DNA of 32,000 nt from Candidatus Electrothrix sp. GW3-4 (lineage in GTDB: Bacteria > Desulfobacterota > Desulfobulbia > Desulfobulbales > Desulfobulbaceae). The DNA lies in NCBI RefSeq assembly GCF_037902255.1, contig NZ_CP147990.1, positions 3,960,001 through 3,992,000 on the forward strand, read 5' to 3'. Position numbers and translations under genes: made by a program. Shown here piece after piece: positions 1-8,985 of this stretch. The number at the start of each line of letters is the position of its first letter. Within the stretch, counting starts at the first letter, position 1. The notes under the pieces are model-generated. The model made no database searches. It had not been told where the DNA came from and saw nothing but the letters and a program-made list of their open reading frames with translations.

Positions 1-927
1 GAACGGGAAGGCCAAGAGGTCATCTTCTCCAATCTACTGGTTCATGACCAGAAACCATACTGGCAGGACTGCGGCTATGATATTCCCGCAAGAGGGCGTA
101 ATTTCGCAGGAGAGTGGACAAAGGACTCTGGGAGCCCCATGTCCCATAAAAATGCCCGCTTCACCATCTCCCTGGATAGGCTGGCCAATTATGATCCAGC
201 CACGGAAGATCCCAAGGGCGTCAAGCTCAGCTGCCTGGTCTTCGGAGGTCGGGATTACACCACCATGCCCACTATCGTCATGGCCCATGACTGGATGAAC
301 ACGGTTGTCCACGGAGCAATTATCCGTTCCGCCACCACCGCAACAGAGCTCGGTGCCGATGGCAGTGAAAAGCGATCACCCTTTGCCAACGAGGCCTTTT
401 TTCCTGGCCCTTTGGGACAATACATCTCTCATTACAAGGCCTTTGGCGAAAACCCAGGTATTGACAAAGACTGCCTCCCCAGCGGTTTCCAGGTCAACTA
501 CTGGCTGCATAAAAGTGCCCGCCGTGAGCTCGCCCCAGGAGAAACAGATGGCCTGCTGGGAGAAAAACAAGACACCAAGGTCTGGATGCGTATCATGGCT
601 CTGATGCATCAGGACAAAGTGGCGACCATCTGGACCCCTATTGGGCTCATCCCAAAATACCCTGACCTGCAACGACTGTTCAGCGAACTGCTTGACAAGG
701 AGTACAGCCAAGAACTCTATACCCAGCAGTTTTCCCTGTACATCGAGAATCTTATCCACCGAATAGATACGTCTATTGAAGAATTCGCCCAAGAGCAGGG
801 AATGCCAGATGAATTCTTCCACACCCTGGACACCTGGAGACGGGATCTGCGCGCCCTGGAATCTGTTATTGGCCCCGTGGTCACCCCGGCGCAGGTGATT
901 GAGTACGCAGCTGCACATATGCCTTGA
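1..927 (+). CDS. pckG: Phosphoenolpyruvate carboxykinase (GTP), C-terminal part; 5' end lies outside the window
   Basis: Frame 1 is open from base 1; the ORF track only starts at the internal Met at 139. The translation ...RGRNFAGEW...SHKNARFT...GGRDYTTMP... looks like the catalytic C-terminal half of GTP-type PEPCK. Stop TGA at 925-927. Confidence 0.9.
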   Translation, partial: EREGQEVIFSNLLVHDQKPYWQDCGYDIPARGRNFAGEWTKDSGSPMSHKNARFTISLDRLANYDPATEDPKGVKLSCLVFGGRDYTTMPTIVMAHDWMNTVVHGAIIRSATTATELGADGSEKRSPFANEAFFPGPLGQYISHYKAFGENPGIDKDCLPSGFQVNYWLHKSARRELAPGETDGLLGEKQDTKVWMRIMALMHQDKVATIWTPIGLIPKYPDLQRLFSELLDKEYSQELYTQQFSLYIENLIHRIDTSIEEFAQEQGMPDEFFHTLDTWRRDLRALESVIGPVVTPAQVIEYAAAHMP

Positions 928-945
928 TAATCTATATATTTTTCT

Positions 946-2217
946 ATGAAATTCAAATTGATCTATCCCAAATGGCCCAAACTGGACAGGCAGACCGAGT
1001 TCCACCTGCCCCCGCACGGCCCTGTGGTCTTTGCCGCTGCCTTGCCTGACTTTATTGACGTCGATTTTGTCGATGAAAATCTGGAAGAGATTGACTTTGA
1101 CGATCCAGTGGATTTTGTCGGCATATCCATGATGCTCACCGTGCAGGTCAAACGGGGCTGGGAAATCGCAGACCGCTATCGCAAGCAAGGCACCAAGGTC
1201 ATCTTTGGTGGAATTGCTACCATGCTCCATGCCGAGGAAACCATGCAGCATGCAGATGCCGTTTTTCTCGGCGAGGCCGAAGGCCGGATGGAACAGGTCC
1301 TGTCGGATTTCAGAAAGGGATGCCTCCAACCCTGCTATGATTTTATCAATAACCAGCCTGATATTGCTTTGGTAGGACCAGCCCGACGGGACATCCTCAA
1401 CCGCAGGCTCTATAACCATAAGGGCGTGCAGATGGTCGATCTGGTTCATGCCTCCCGGGGCTGTCGCTTCAACTGCTACCCCTGCGCGGTTGCCTACCTG
1501 GGGGGAAGGAAGTTCCGACCCCGCCCTGTGGATAAGGTAGTGGAGGAGCTCAGCGGGATTGAGAACAACCGCCTCTTTCTCGTGGATAACTCCCTGGCCC
1601 AGGATACGGCCTGGGAGATGGATCTGTTCCGCGAGATGATCCCACTGAAAAAGAATTGGTGCTGTCATCCCATTGAGGATAAGCCCGAGGTGCTGGAGCT
1701 GGCAGCCCAGGCCGGGGCCTGGTACGTCTATCAGGCCGTGTTTGACACCTCTGATTACATCAAGGAGCGAATCAAACGCTACCATGATTACGGAATAGGG
1801 GTAGAAGGAACTATTCTGCTAGGATTGGATAACCACACAGAGGATTTTATCAAACGACTGATCGATTTTCTCCTGGAAATCGAGCTGGATCTGGCTGAGT
1901 TTACCGTCCTCACCCCCTTTCCGCACACCAAGGCCTACACCGAGCTCCATGAGCAGAAACGCATCCTCTTCTCTGATTGGGATGCGTATTCTGCTGACAA
2001 GGTGGTCTATCAGCCCAAACATATGGCCCCGGAAAGGCTCCAGGAACTGTTGGATTATGCCTGGAATACCTTTTATCAGGAGGAAAGCCAGTCCATCAAG
2101 ATGGCCAGGCTCTTCAAGGAGGTTGTGAAACGGGAGATGGCAGACAACACCTTTGTCCCCCGAGACCGGAGCCTGAGCGGCCAATCCTTTGGTAAAACCT
2201 TGCAGGACACCCCATGA
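946..2217 (+). CDS. B12-binding-domain radical SAM protein (class B rSAM)
   Basis: The N-terminal Rossmann-like B12-binding region (VDFVGISMM...VIFGGI) is followed by a radical-SAM core with the cluster motif GCRFNCYPC (CxxxCxxC). The stop overlaps the next gene's ATG (ATGA). Confidence 0.85.
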   Translation: MKFKLIYPKWPKLDRQTEFHLPPHGPVVFAAALPDFIDVDFVDENLEEIDFDDPVDFVGISMMLTVQVKRGWEIADRYRKQGTKVIFGGIATMLHAEETMQHADAVFLGEAEGRMEQVLSDFRKGCLQPCYDFINNQPDIALVGPARRDILNRRLYNHKGVQMVDLVHASRGCRFNCYPCAVAYLGGRKFRPRPVDKVVEELSGIENNRLFLVDNSLAQDTAWEMDLFREMIPLKKNWCCHPIEDKPEVLELAAQAGAWYVYQAVFDTSDYIKERIKRYHDYGIGVEGTILLGLDNHTEDFIKRLIDFLLEIELDLAEFTVLTPFPHTKAYTELHEQKRILFSDWDAYSADKVVYQPKHMAPERLQELLDYAWNTFYQEESQSIKMARLFKEVVKREMADNTFVPRDRSLSGQSFGKTLQDTP

Positions 2218-3590
2218 CGCAGCAGAATACCGAACAATTTTTTCGGGAGCTGCTGACAGGCCCAAAATTTCCTGCCAAAGAGTATACCCGTGGCGGCAGC
2301 AGTTTTGCCCAGGTCTATGCTCTGGCTGCTGACCTGCTGGCCTTTTTTGCCCAGACCGATAGCCAGGAGAAACCCGTCTGTCTGGCGGCAGATGATAAGG
2401 CGGTGATAGCAGCGGCCCTACTGGCCTCCCTGGCCGGAGGCCCTTCCCTACTCCTGCCTTACGCCCTTTCTGCAAGCAGTCTGGCCCGGATGCAGGAGGT
2501 GACAGGTTTCCAACGTGCCATTACTGATACAGAGCGGGAGCTCCCTCCTGGGGTCCAGGCAGTGCGTCCGCACCGCCCTTCGTTGACAGGAGAGCAGGAG
2601 GTCAAGCCTCTCATTTCCCCTCAGACTCCTATTTCCCCGCAGGCAGAGCTGCTGAAGATCTTTACCGGTGGTTCCACCGGTACCCCCAAGGTCTGGTCAA
2701 AAAGCGGAGAAAATATCTTTGGCGAAGCCCTCTTCCATGCCCAGCGATATAGGGTTTCCCAGCGGGACTGCATCATGGCAACGGTTCCGCCCTGGCATAT
2801 CTACGGACTCCTCTTCTCGGTGGTGCTTCCTTTAGTCTCCTCGGCAACCGTGCTCAATGCAACGCCTTCCTTTCCCAACGAGGTCGTTGAGACCGCAGCG
2901 AAGCATCAGGTGACAATCTTTGCCAGTGTACCCGCCCATTATCGGGTGCTGCGAGAAAAAGAGCTGGGCTTACGCCTGGCCTTTTCCTCAGCTGGCATGC
3001 TGGAGGAAAACGATAATACGGCCTTCTGTCATCATAACGCTGCTGGAGTAATTGAGGTCTATGGCTCTACTGAGACTGGGGGGATTGCCACCCGGAACCG
3101 GTCCCAAGGTCAAGAGTTGTTCACCCCCTTCTCAACCATTGACTGGAAGATCGTCCTCAATTGCCTGGCCGTGCGTTCTCCCTATATCTCGCCGGATCTG
3201 CCCGTTGATGAGCAGGGCTTCTTCCTGGCCAATGATCGGGCCGAGGCAACGGGAACTGATGGTTTCCTCCTCAAGGGCAGAAGCGATGCCGTGGTGAAAG
3301 TCGGGGGCAAGCGGGTGGATCTTGATGAAATCGCCGCCCTCATCAAAAAAGGATCCAACGTAACTGATTGCCTTGTCACAGCCCTGCCAGAGCCCGGAGG
3401 GCGTAGTCAACGCATAGCTGCCCTGCTTCAGGGAGAGGGCATCAATAAGGAGCAAATTAAAAAGACGCTTGAAGGCTCTCTGGAGCCCTATGCCCTGCCC
3501 CGCCTACTCAAAATCGTCGCTGCTCTCCCTGTAAAGCAGAACGGGAAATATGACTGGCCTGCTATTACCCGTCTGCTGAAGAATGCCTGA
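2214..3590 (+). CDS. AMP-dependent synthetase/ligase (acyl-activating enzyme)
   Basis: Adenylate-forming signatures TGGSTGTPK and YGSTETGG, with a C-terminal GGKRV...K region. It overlaps the upstream gene by 4 nt and the downstream gene by 8 nt. Confidence 0.8.
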   Translation: MTQQNTEQFFRELLTGPKFPAKEYTRGGSSFAQVYALAADLLAFFAQTDSQEKPVCLAADDKAVIAAALLASLAGGPSLLLPYALSASSLARMQEVTGFQRAITDTERELPPGVQAVRPHRPSLTGEQEVKPLISPQTPISPQAELLKIFTGGSTGTPKVWSKSGENIFGEALFHAQRYRVSQRDCIMATVPPWHIYGLLFSVVLPLVSSATVLNATPSFPNEVVETAAKHQVTIFASVPAHYRVLREKELGLRLAFSSAGMLEENDNTAFCHHNAAGVIEVYGSTETGGIATRNRSQGQELFTPFSTIDWKIVLNCLAVRSPYISPDLPVDEQGFFLANDRAEATGTDGFLLKGRSDAVVKVGGKRVDLDEIAALIKKGSNVTDCLVTALPEPGGRSQRIAALLQGEGINKEQIKKTLEGSLEPYALPRLLKIVAALPVKQNGKYDWPAITRLLKNA

Positions 3591-5379
3591 ACTCCGCTCC
3601 TGTTTTACTGCTGGCTATGCCTGTCTTGCTGCCTGGGCCGATCTCCTGGACCGGATTAATGTTTTTCCCGTGGCAGACGGAGACACAGGTACCAATCTTC
3701 GGATCAGCTTAACCCCACTGCGTGATTCAAAACAGGATAACGCAACCATCCGTGCTCTGCTGACCCGCCGGGCCATAGGTAATTCCGGTAATATTGCGGT
3801 CGCCTTTTTTCGGGAATTTTGCCTGGCTGAACAGGTTAGAGAGCTTGCCGAGCAAGCAGCCATTGGCAGAGAAAAGGCCTGGCAGGCCGTTGCAAGCCCT
3901 TGCAAGGGGACCATGCTTTCCGTCTTTGACAGCCTTGTTACAAGCCTTACCTCCCAAACGCTCTCTGATCTCTCCTCGCTCTACCCTCACGTCCTGCCAG
4001 AGCTGCAAAAGGCAGTCCGCTCCACCCAGGAACACCTGCCATCCCTGCAAAAAGCCGGGGTGGTGGATGCCGGGGCCCTGGGGATGTACATCTATTTTGA
4101 AGGATTCCTCAGGGCATTGACTGTTCAGATAGGCAAGGCAGATCCGATTCTTTCCGCCTTTGCGGGCCAGCTGGATATTCAAAGCTCTTTTTTTAGATCA
4201 GAGCCCGCAGCGGACACAAGCAAAAGAAGGCAATACTGTGTGAATGCGGTTCTTCATAAGGATGAACACATCGATTCTGGAACTCCTGAGATCAGCCCTG
4301 TTGCTACCCTTAATACCCTGGGAGAAAGCGTGGTTGTGCTTGAGGATGAATCCCAGCTCAAGGTCCACATTCACACGGATGAACCGGAACAACTTCGCCA
4401 GAGTCTTGCATCCTTTGTCAGCGTGATTCATTGGGAAGCCGAAGAAATGAGAGAGCCCCGTAAGGTTTCCACCATTCAAGGGGATCAGGGATCGAAAAAC
4501 TTCCCAGCCAGCCACCAATCTTTTCATATCCTTACTGATGCAGCAGGGTCACTGACTCGGGAGACCGCTGCACAGTACGGCATCACGCTTCTGGACAGCT
4601 ATATTATCGCTGGTGAAAATGTCCGCCCGGAAAGCCTCTGCGAACCAGCAGAAATCTACTCTCGGCAACGCAAGGGTGACAGAGTCACTACCGCTCAGGC
4701 TTCCTCTTTTGAGCGGTACCAATATTACGAGAGCCTTGTCCAACAATTCGGCCCCTGCCTGTATCTCTCGGTGGGTTCATCCTTTACCGGCAATTATGCC
4801 GCAGCAATGTCCTGGAAAAAAGAGCATGATCCTGACGAGCTCCTCACGGTTATCGATACAGGCACTGCCTCGGGACGTCTTGCCCTCATCACTCTGCTCA
4901 CAGCTCGCTATGCACAACAAGCCAACAAATCGAATGAGAAGAATGAGGTGCTTGCTTACACTCATGCCCTCATAGAGGAATGCCGGGAATATGTCTTTAT
5001 TGATGAGTTGAAATATTTGGTTGCTGGTGGAAGGGTCTCCAAGGCTGGAGGTTTTTTCGGAGATCTGTTCGGGGTCAAACCCATTGTCAGCCCCATCAAT
5101 AATACCGTGCAGAAGATGGGTGTTGCTCGCAATAGAAAGGGGCAACTCGCCTTTGCCCAGGAGAAATTACGGAAACAGGCAGCGGGAACCACTCCCCCGC
5201 TGATTCTGCTCCAGTACTCGGACAATGAGGAATGGCTACGGGAAACCGTGCAACAGCAGGCTCGGGAACAGCTACCGCAGGCGGAGGTCCTCGTCACACC
5301 ATTATCACTGTCCTCCGGGGTACATATGGGCCCAGGAACCTGGGCCATAGCCTTTGCCCCGCAACGCCCTGTGAGCTGA
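3583..5379 (+). CDS. DAK2-domain / DegV-domain fusion protein (FakA-N + FakB-like, single-chain fatty-acid-kinase-like)
   Basis: The N-terminus carries the DhaL/DAK2 motif FPVADGDTGTNL. The C-terminal ~290 aa (HILTDAAGSL...DTGTASGRLAL...) resembles the DegV fatty-acid-binding family. Confidence 0.8.
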   Translation: MPELRSCFTAGYACLAAWADLLDRINVFPVADGDTGTNLRISLTPLRDSKQDNATIRALLTRRAIGNSGNIAVAFFREFCLAEQVRELAEQAAIGREKAWQAVASPCKGTMLSVFDSLVTSLTSQTLSDLSSLYPHVLPELQKAVRSTQEHLPSLQKAGVVDAGALGMYIYFEGFLRALTVQIGKADPILSAFAGQLDIQSSFFRSEPAADTSKRRQYCVNAVLHKDEHIDSGTPEISPVATLNTLGESVVVLEDESQLKVHIHTDEPEQLRQSLASFVSVIHWEAEEMREPRKVSTIQGDQGSKNFPASHQSFHILTDAAGSLTRETAAQYGITLLDSYIIAGENVRPESLCEPAEIYSRQRKGDRVTTAQASSFERYQYYESLVQQFGPCLYLSVGSSFTGNYAAAMSWKKEHDPDELLTVIDTGTASGRLALITLLTARYAQQANKSNEKNEVLAYTHALIEECREYVFIDELKYLVAGGRVSKAGGFFGDLFGVKPIVSPINNTVQKMGVARNRKGQLAFAQEKLRKQAAGTTPPLILLQYSDNEEWLRETVQQQAREQLPQAEVLVTPLSLSSGVHMGPGTWAIAFAPQRPVS

Positions 5380-5393
5380 AGTCGCTAACGAAA

Positions 5394-5415
5394 CGGGGCA
5401 GAAGCTTCTGCCCCG
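5394..5415. terminator. Perfect GC-rich palindrome between convergent genes; probable bidirectional terminator
   Basis: The sequence cggggcagaag/cttctgccccg is a 22-nt perfect palindrome. On the minus strand it is followed by TTTCGTT. It lies between the stops at 5379 (+) and 5442 (-). Confidence 0.45.
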
Positions 5416-5441
5416 TGTGGACAAAAACGGAAAAACAACAA

Positions 5442-6197
5442 TCAGGCTGCTTTTGAACAGCATTCCTGGGAAGATTGTTCTGCGGGCCGTTTCAGAACCG
5501 ACATAACCGCTGCCAATTCAAGCAGAATGCCAAGCCCTTCCTGTACCTCTGGGCGTTTCATGGCAGACATCATGCCAAAAATACCCTTAACCGGTTTGAC
5601 TTCGTCAAGGTCAATTGCCTTAACCCTGGTGCTGACCCGCTCGCCGATCTCCATCATCCGCTCAAAGTCATCAAACAAACCGCGTTTCTTGAGGCTATCC
5701 AGACGCTCAATCATATCGTCAACAACTGGCCCGCCCAACTGGGCAACATCCCGTCTCATGTCCATAAAAGAACTAAGCAACTTCATCATCTCGGCCATAT
5801 TCCCCATATTGACGATGAACTGCCTGATCAGTTCCTGGAGATTTTCTCCTTCAAAGCCCTGGAAAGCGGTTTGCAGGCGAAGGGCCAGTTCCTGAAACAT
5901 ATCCTTGCTGTATGGCTCAAAATCCCTTTTAAAGTCCATAATACTGTTCAGGGTCTTGAGAGCCTCAGCAATGTTGCCGCTGGATGCCAGGGACTGGCCG
6001 ACCATGTCTCCGACATCTTCCAGTTCCACATTTTTATCCAGACCACTCAGGCGTGCTGTGGCCTCATGGACCATTGAATGGACCAGAGGTTCCAACTCCT
6101 GCTTCAGCTCCACATAGGGTCTGACAGCACGTTTTGCTTCCCGCACTTCCTCTGTGAGTTCATCAAGGCGAGCGAGAATCTTCTCTTCATTGGTCAT
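5442..6197 (-). CDS. DUF1641-like protein, the usual partner of SQR/NDH-2-like flavoproteins
   Basis: Helical, repeat-like protein (..MDFKRDF.., ..FMDMRRDV.., C-terminal GILLELAAVMSVLK) located immediately downstream of the flavoprotein gene. This pairing is typical of the DUF1641 family. Confidence 0.7.
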   Translation of the reverse strand: MTNEEKILARLDELTEEVREAKRAVRPYVELKQELEPLVHSMVHEATARLSGLDKNVELEDVGDMVGQSLASSGNIAEALKTLNSIMDFKRDFEPYSKDMFQELALRLQTAFQGFEGENLQELIRQFIVNMGNMAEMMKLLSSFMDMRRDVAQLGGPVVDDMIERLDSLKKRGLFDDFERMMEIGERVSTRVKAIDLDEVKPVKGIFGMMSAMKRPEVQEGLGILLELAAVMSVLKRPAEQSSQECCSKAA

Positions 6198-6208
6198 GAT
6201 GCTCTCCC

Positions 6209-7438
6209 TTATTCCTGAACCTTACCCGCAAGAGACATCTGGGCCTCAAGCGGCAATTCCTCACCAGTCAACAGTTTGTTCCAGTAGACCCATTTGAACA
6301 TCATCTTGCCCCAATGATTGGCCTTGGTGTCGCCAAGGAGAGAAAAGGGTCCGAGACCAGGCAGGGGGAATTTACCAGGCAGCGGCTCGTACTCATAGTT
6401 GAAGTCAATGAGAGAGGCCTTACCAAAGCCGGTTTCAATAAAGCAGTTGGAATGTCCGTCATAGTCGGGTCGAACCGGCTCATCATTGATCTCCCGCATA
6501 AAGTTCTCTACCATGATTTCTGCGGAAAAATGGGCAACTGAACCGGCCTTGGAGGTAGGTATGGTTGTATTATCCCCAAGGACATACATATTTTTGTGAT
6601 TTTCCGCCTGCAAGGTATGGTTATTCGTCTTAACGTAACCGACCTCATCCATAGCAACCTCGGAATTGACCAGATAGCGCGCTCCCACATTGGGTGGAAT
6701 GGAAACCAGCAGATCCCATTCAATTTCATCACCTGATGCGGAAATAAGCTTGTTATCGTTGCAGTCAACCTCGGCAAGGATAAAATCCGCTGTAACCTTG
6801 ATGTTCTTGTCGTGCATCATCTTGGTAAAGTAGGCGGATGCCTTGGGTTTGGTAAAGGCGCCAGTCATGGGGGTGACAAAATGGATTTCAATATCATCAC
6901 GGACCCCTCGCTCGGTAAAATACCAGTCAGCAAGGTAAACGAATTCCAACGGGGCAACCGGACATTTATAGGGAAATTCGGCAATATCCAGCACCATCTT
7001 ACCACTTTTAAAGCTGCGCAGTTTCTTTTCCAGATTTATCGCCCCTTCCAGGGTGTAAAAATCAAAGACCTTGGTCTGCCAGCCGTCCATCATGCCTGGA
7101 ATCTCTTCCGGGGCCAAACTCACACCGGAACAAACGATGACTTTGTCGTATTCATATTTACCCGCTGTGGTCTCAACGACTTGCGTCTCCGTGTCAACGC
7201 CGATGATCTCATCAATGACAAAGTTGATCCCCTTGCCGATAAACTCGCTACGGGTGCGAACAATTTCTTCGGGCTTGTACATGCCAAAAGGAATAAAGAT
7301 CAGGCCGGGCTGATAAATATGTTTGTCATCTTTATCAATGACCGTGATTGACCATTCGTCACGATCCAGCTTTTTGCGCAAATTATTTGCAACCATTGTT
7401 CCTGCACAGCCCGCTCCAAGAATAACCAACTTTTTCAT
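6209..7438 (-). CDS. FAD-dependent pyridine nucleotide-disulfide oxidoreductase (sulfide:quinone oxidoreductase / NDH-2-like)
   Basis: N-terminal dinucleotide fold MKKLVILGAGCAGTMVA and a second GD motif (YVLGDNTTIPTSKAG). Length and layout fit the SQR-like family. Confidence 0.8.
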   Translation of the reverse strand: MKKLVILGAGCAGTMVANNLRKKLDRDEWSITVIDKDDKHIYQPGLIFIPFGMYKPEEIVRTRSEFIGKGINFVIDEIIGVDTETQVVETTAGKYEYDKVIVCSGVSLAPEEIPGMMDGWQTKVFDFYTLEGAINLEKKLRSFKSGKMVLDIAEFPYKCPVAPLEFVYLADWYFTERGVRDDIEIHFVTPMTGAFTKPKASAYFTKMMHDKNIKVTADFILAEVDCNDNKLISASGDEIEWDLLVSIPPNVGARYLVNSEVAMDEVGYVKTNNHTLQAENHKNMYVLGDNTTIPTSKAGSVAHFSAEIMVENFMREINDEPVRPDYDGHSNCFIETGFGKASLIDFNYEYEPLPGKFPLPGLGPFSLLGDTKANHWGKMMFKWVYWNKLLTGEELPLEAQMSLAGKVQE

Positions 7439-8271
7439 CGTTCATCTCTCCTTTGCGACTTCTGTTCGTTGACCGATCAAGACGATCGGCCCAATTTGAC
7501 TGCCATTGGAAACAGGGAAGAGAATGTCTTCATCTCAACACCTGGATCAGCTTCATGATGAAATTTTGAAGCTAAAGAATGAAGTACCACAAAGTACAAT
7601 CCTGGTCAATGAAGTTTTTTACCACCTCGTGGTATTCAAGACACTATTCAACTCACCTGGGACATCCAGCAACACTCCGCAAAAAAGAAATATCTTTGTG
7701 AGACAAGGAAATTTCTCAATACAGACATGTGGTTCAACATCTCAGGATGCTGCTTGAATGAGCAGCAGGTAACAGAGTAAAAAAAATTCAACGACGATAA
7801 AAAAAATTACCAATCATCATGCTGCCTGAAGAACAATCTGAAAAAAAAGAAAAGGAGGAGGGGACAGAGAAAGTCTCTTTTGAACCGTACAGCCCTGCTC
7901 GGCTCTCTTGCCATAATTGACGAAGGCAATTAACGGAAACCAGAAGCCCTGCTGTGAAACTCGGCCTTCCGGCTCTATTAATTGCCCTCACTGCTATTTG
8001 ACAGCATACCGCCCCTCTTGTCAAAGAAAAACCAACGAAAATACAGCAGGTTAGATGTGCTACACCCGGTGCATTATCAACGTATAAAAAATATACACAG
8101 TATAACTGTCAAACATTGTTGAACTATATATAGACTACTATAAGCCAGACTTCAACCACCCAAAACAGTATGCGAAATTAATACTCATCACCAATAACCA
8201 TAGAATACTATCCGCAAACACAAAAGGGATGCGATTATGACGTAAGCATCTACCAGGGTCGCGTGACCAGC

Positions 8272-8298
8272 GCGTGGCCCGGTTTCTTTTTGCCCTAC
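8272..8298 (+). repeat. 27-bp direct repeat, left copy; embedded in a terminator-like hairpin plus T-tract
   Basis: gcgtgGCCCggtttctttttgccctac matches 9253-9279 at 23 of 27 positions, including 18 contiguous identical bases (ggtttctttttgccctac). The upstream GGG-T-CGCG...CGCG-TGG-CCC stem followed by GGTTTCTTTTT resembles an intrinsic terminator. Confidence 0.8.
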
Positions 8299-8700
8299 AT
8301 TTTAGATCAAATGAGACGGTCTGACCAGTGCCTTTTTTCTAATATCTCCAATTTTTTGTAACGTATCAATGAAATTTTATAACAATTATGTCAAACTTCT
8401 CTTTTAACAAACTTTTATCCTCTTTTTTTTCAAAAAAAGAGTGAGAAAAAACAAAAGTTTTCACCCTCTCCTCCCTGTGCAACTCACTTGAATAGCAACT
8501 TTTTTCATACCCACCAATAAGAAAAACAACTTACTGATAATAGATAGAGTTATCAACTTATTGTTTTTACAATATTTCCATTGACTTTAATACAATATTG
8601 AACTTATTTATCTGTTTGTTCAATGGTGGCGACGAGCTCCTTAACGTAATCATCTCTTTTTCCAATCAATTACGTCAAAATCTGTACTAGGTGTTTTTTT

Positions 8701-8985
8701 ATGAATACTAAATTGAATTGCTGGGAATTTAAAAAATGTGGAAGAGAGCCAGGAGGAAGGAATGTTACACGATATGGGCTTTGTTCAGTACCCGTAGAGA
8801 TAGATTGTGACGGTCTTAATGGCGGAAAAAATGGCGGACGATCCTGTTGGTTATGGCGAGAAGTCGCTTGTGGAAAAATCATGAAGAAATCCTCTGTGCA
8901 GAGGATTAGAGAATGTCGTGAATGTAATTTTTACATTTCAGTCAAAAAAAACAGGGTAACGGAGCTATGCGCGAAAATTTTTTGA
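8701..8985 (+). CDS. Small Cys-rich protein with two Cys-Trp motifs ('two-CW'-like), copy 1
   Basis: MNTKLNCWEFKKCGREPGG...GKNGGRSCWLW...CRECNFY. An AGGTG sequence lies 7 nt upstream of the ATG. It is a paralogue of the next ORF with the same Cys/Trp spacing. Confidence 0.7.
   Translation: MNTKLNCWEFKKCGREPGGRNVTRYGLCSVPVEIDCDGLNGGKNGGRSCWLWREVACGKIMKKSSVQRIRECRECNFYISVKKNRVTELCAKIF

Noticed and set aside
376-1785. A 469-aa minus-strand ORF. Similar long antisense ORFs occur elsewhere, e.g. 1819..2475, 6812..7351, 10203..10724, 11334..12215, 13374..13943 and 20275..21531.
   Set aside because: They lie entirely antisense to genes with strong, recognisable family motifs (PEPCK, rSAM, SQR, DnaX, HNH, SPFH). 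Their translations are low-complexity with no motifs. Open antisense frames are expected in GC-balanced coding DNA.
7506-8024. ORFs 7506..7757 (+) and 7788..8024 (-) in the AT-rich region.
   Set aside because: They have no Shine-Dalgarno sequence, their sequences are low-complexity or implausible, and I recognise no similarity to any family. They are probably chance ORFs.
8615-8640. A sigma-54 promoter (TGGC...) upstream of the two-CW genes.
   Set aside because: tggcgacgagctcctt has the GG but no GC at the -12 spacing (TGGCAC-N5-TTGC). It does not fit the consensus.
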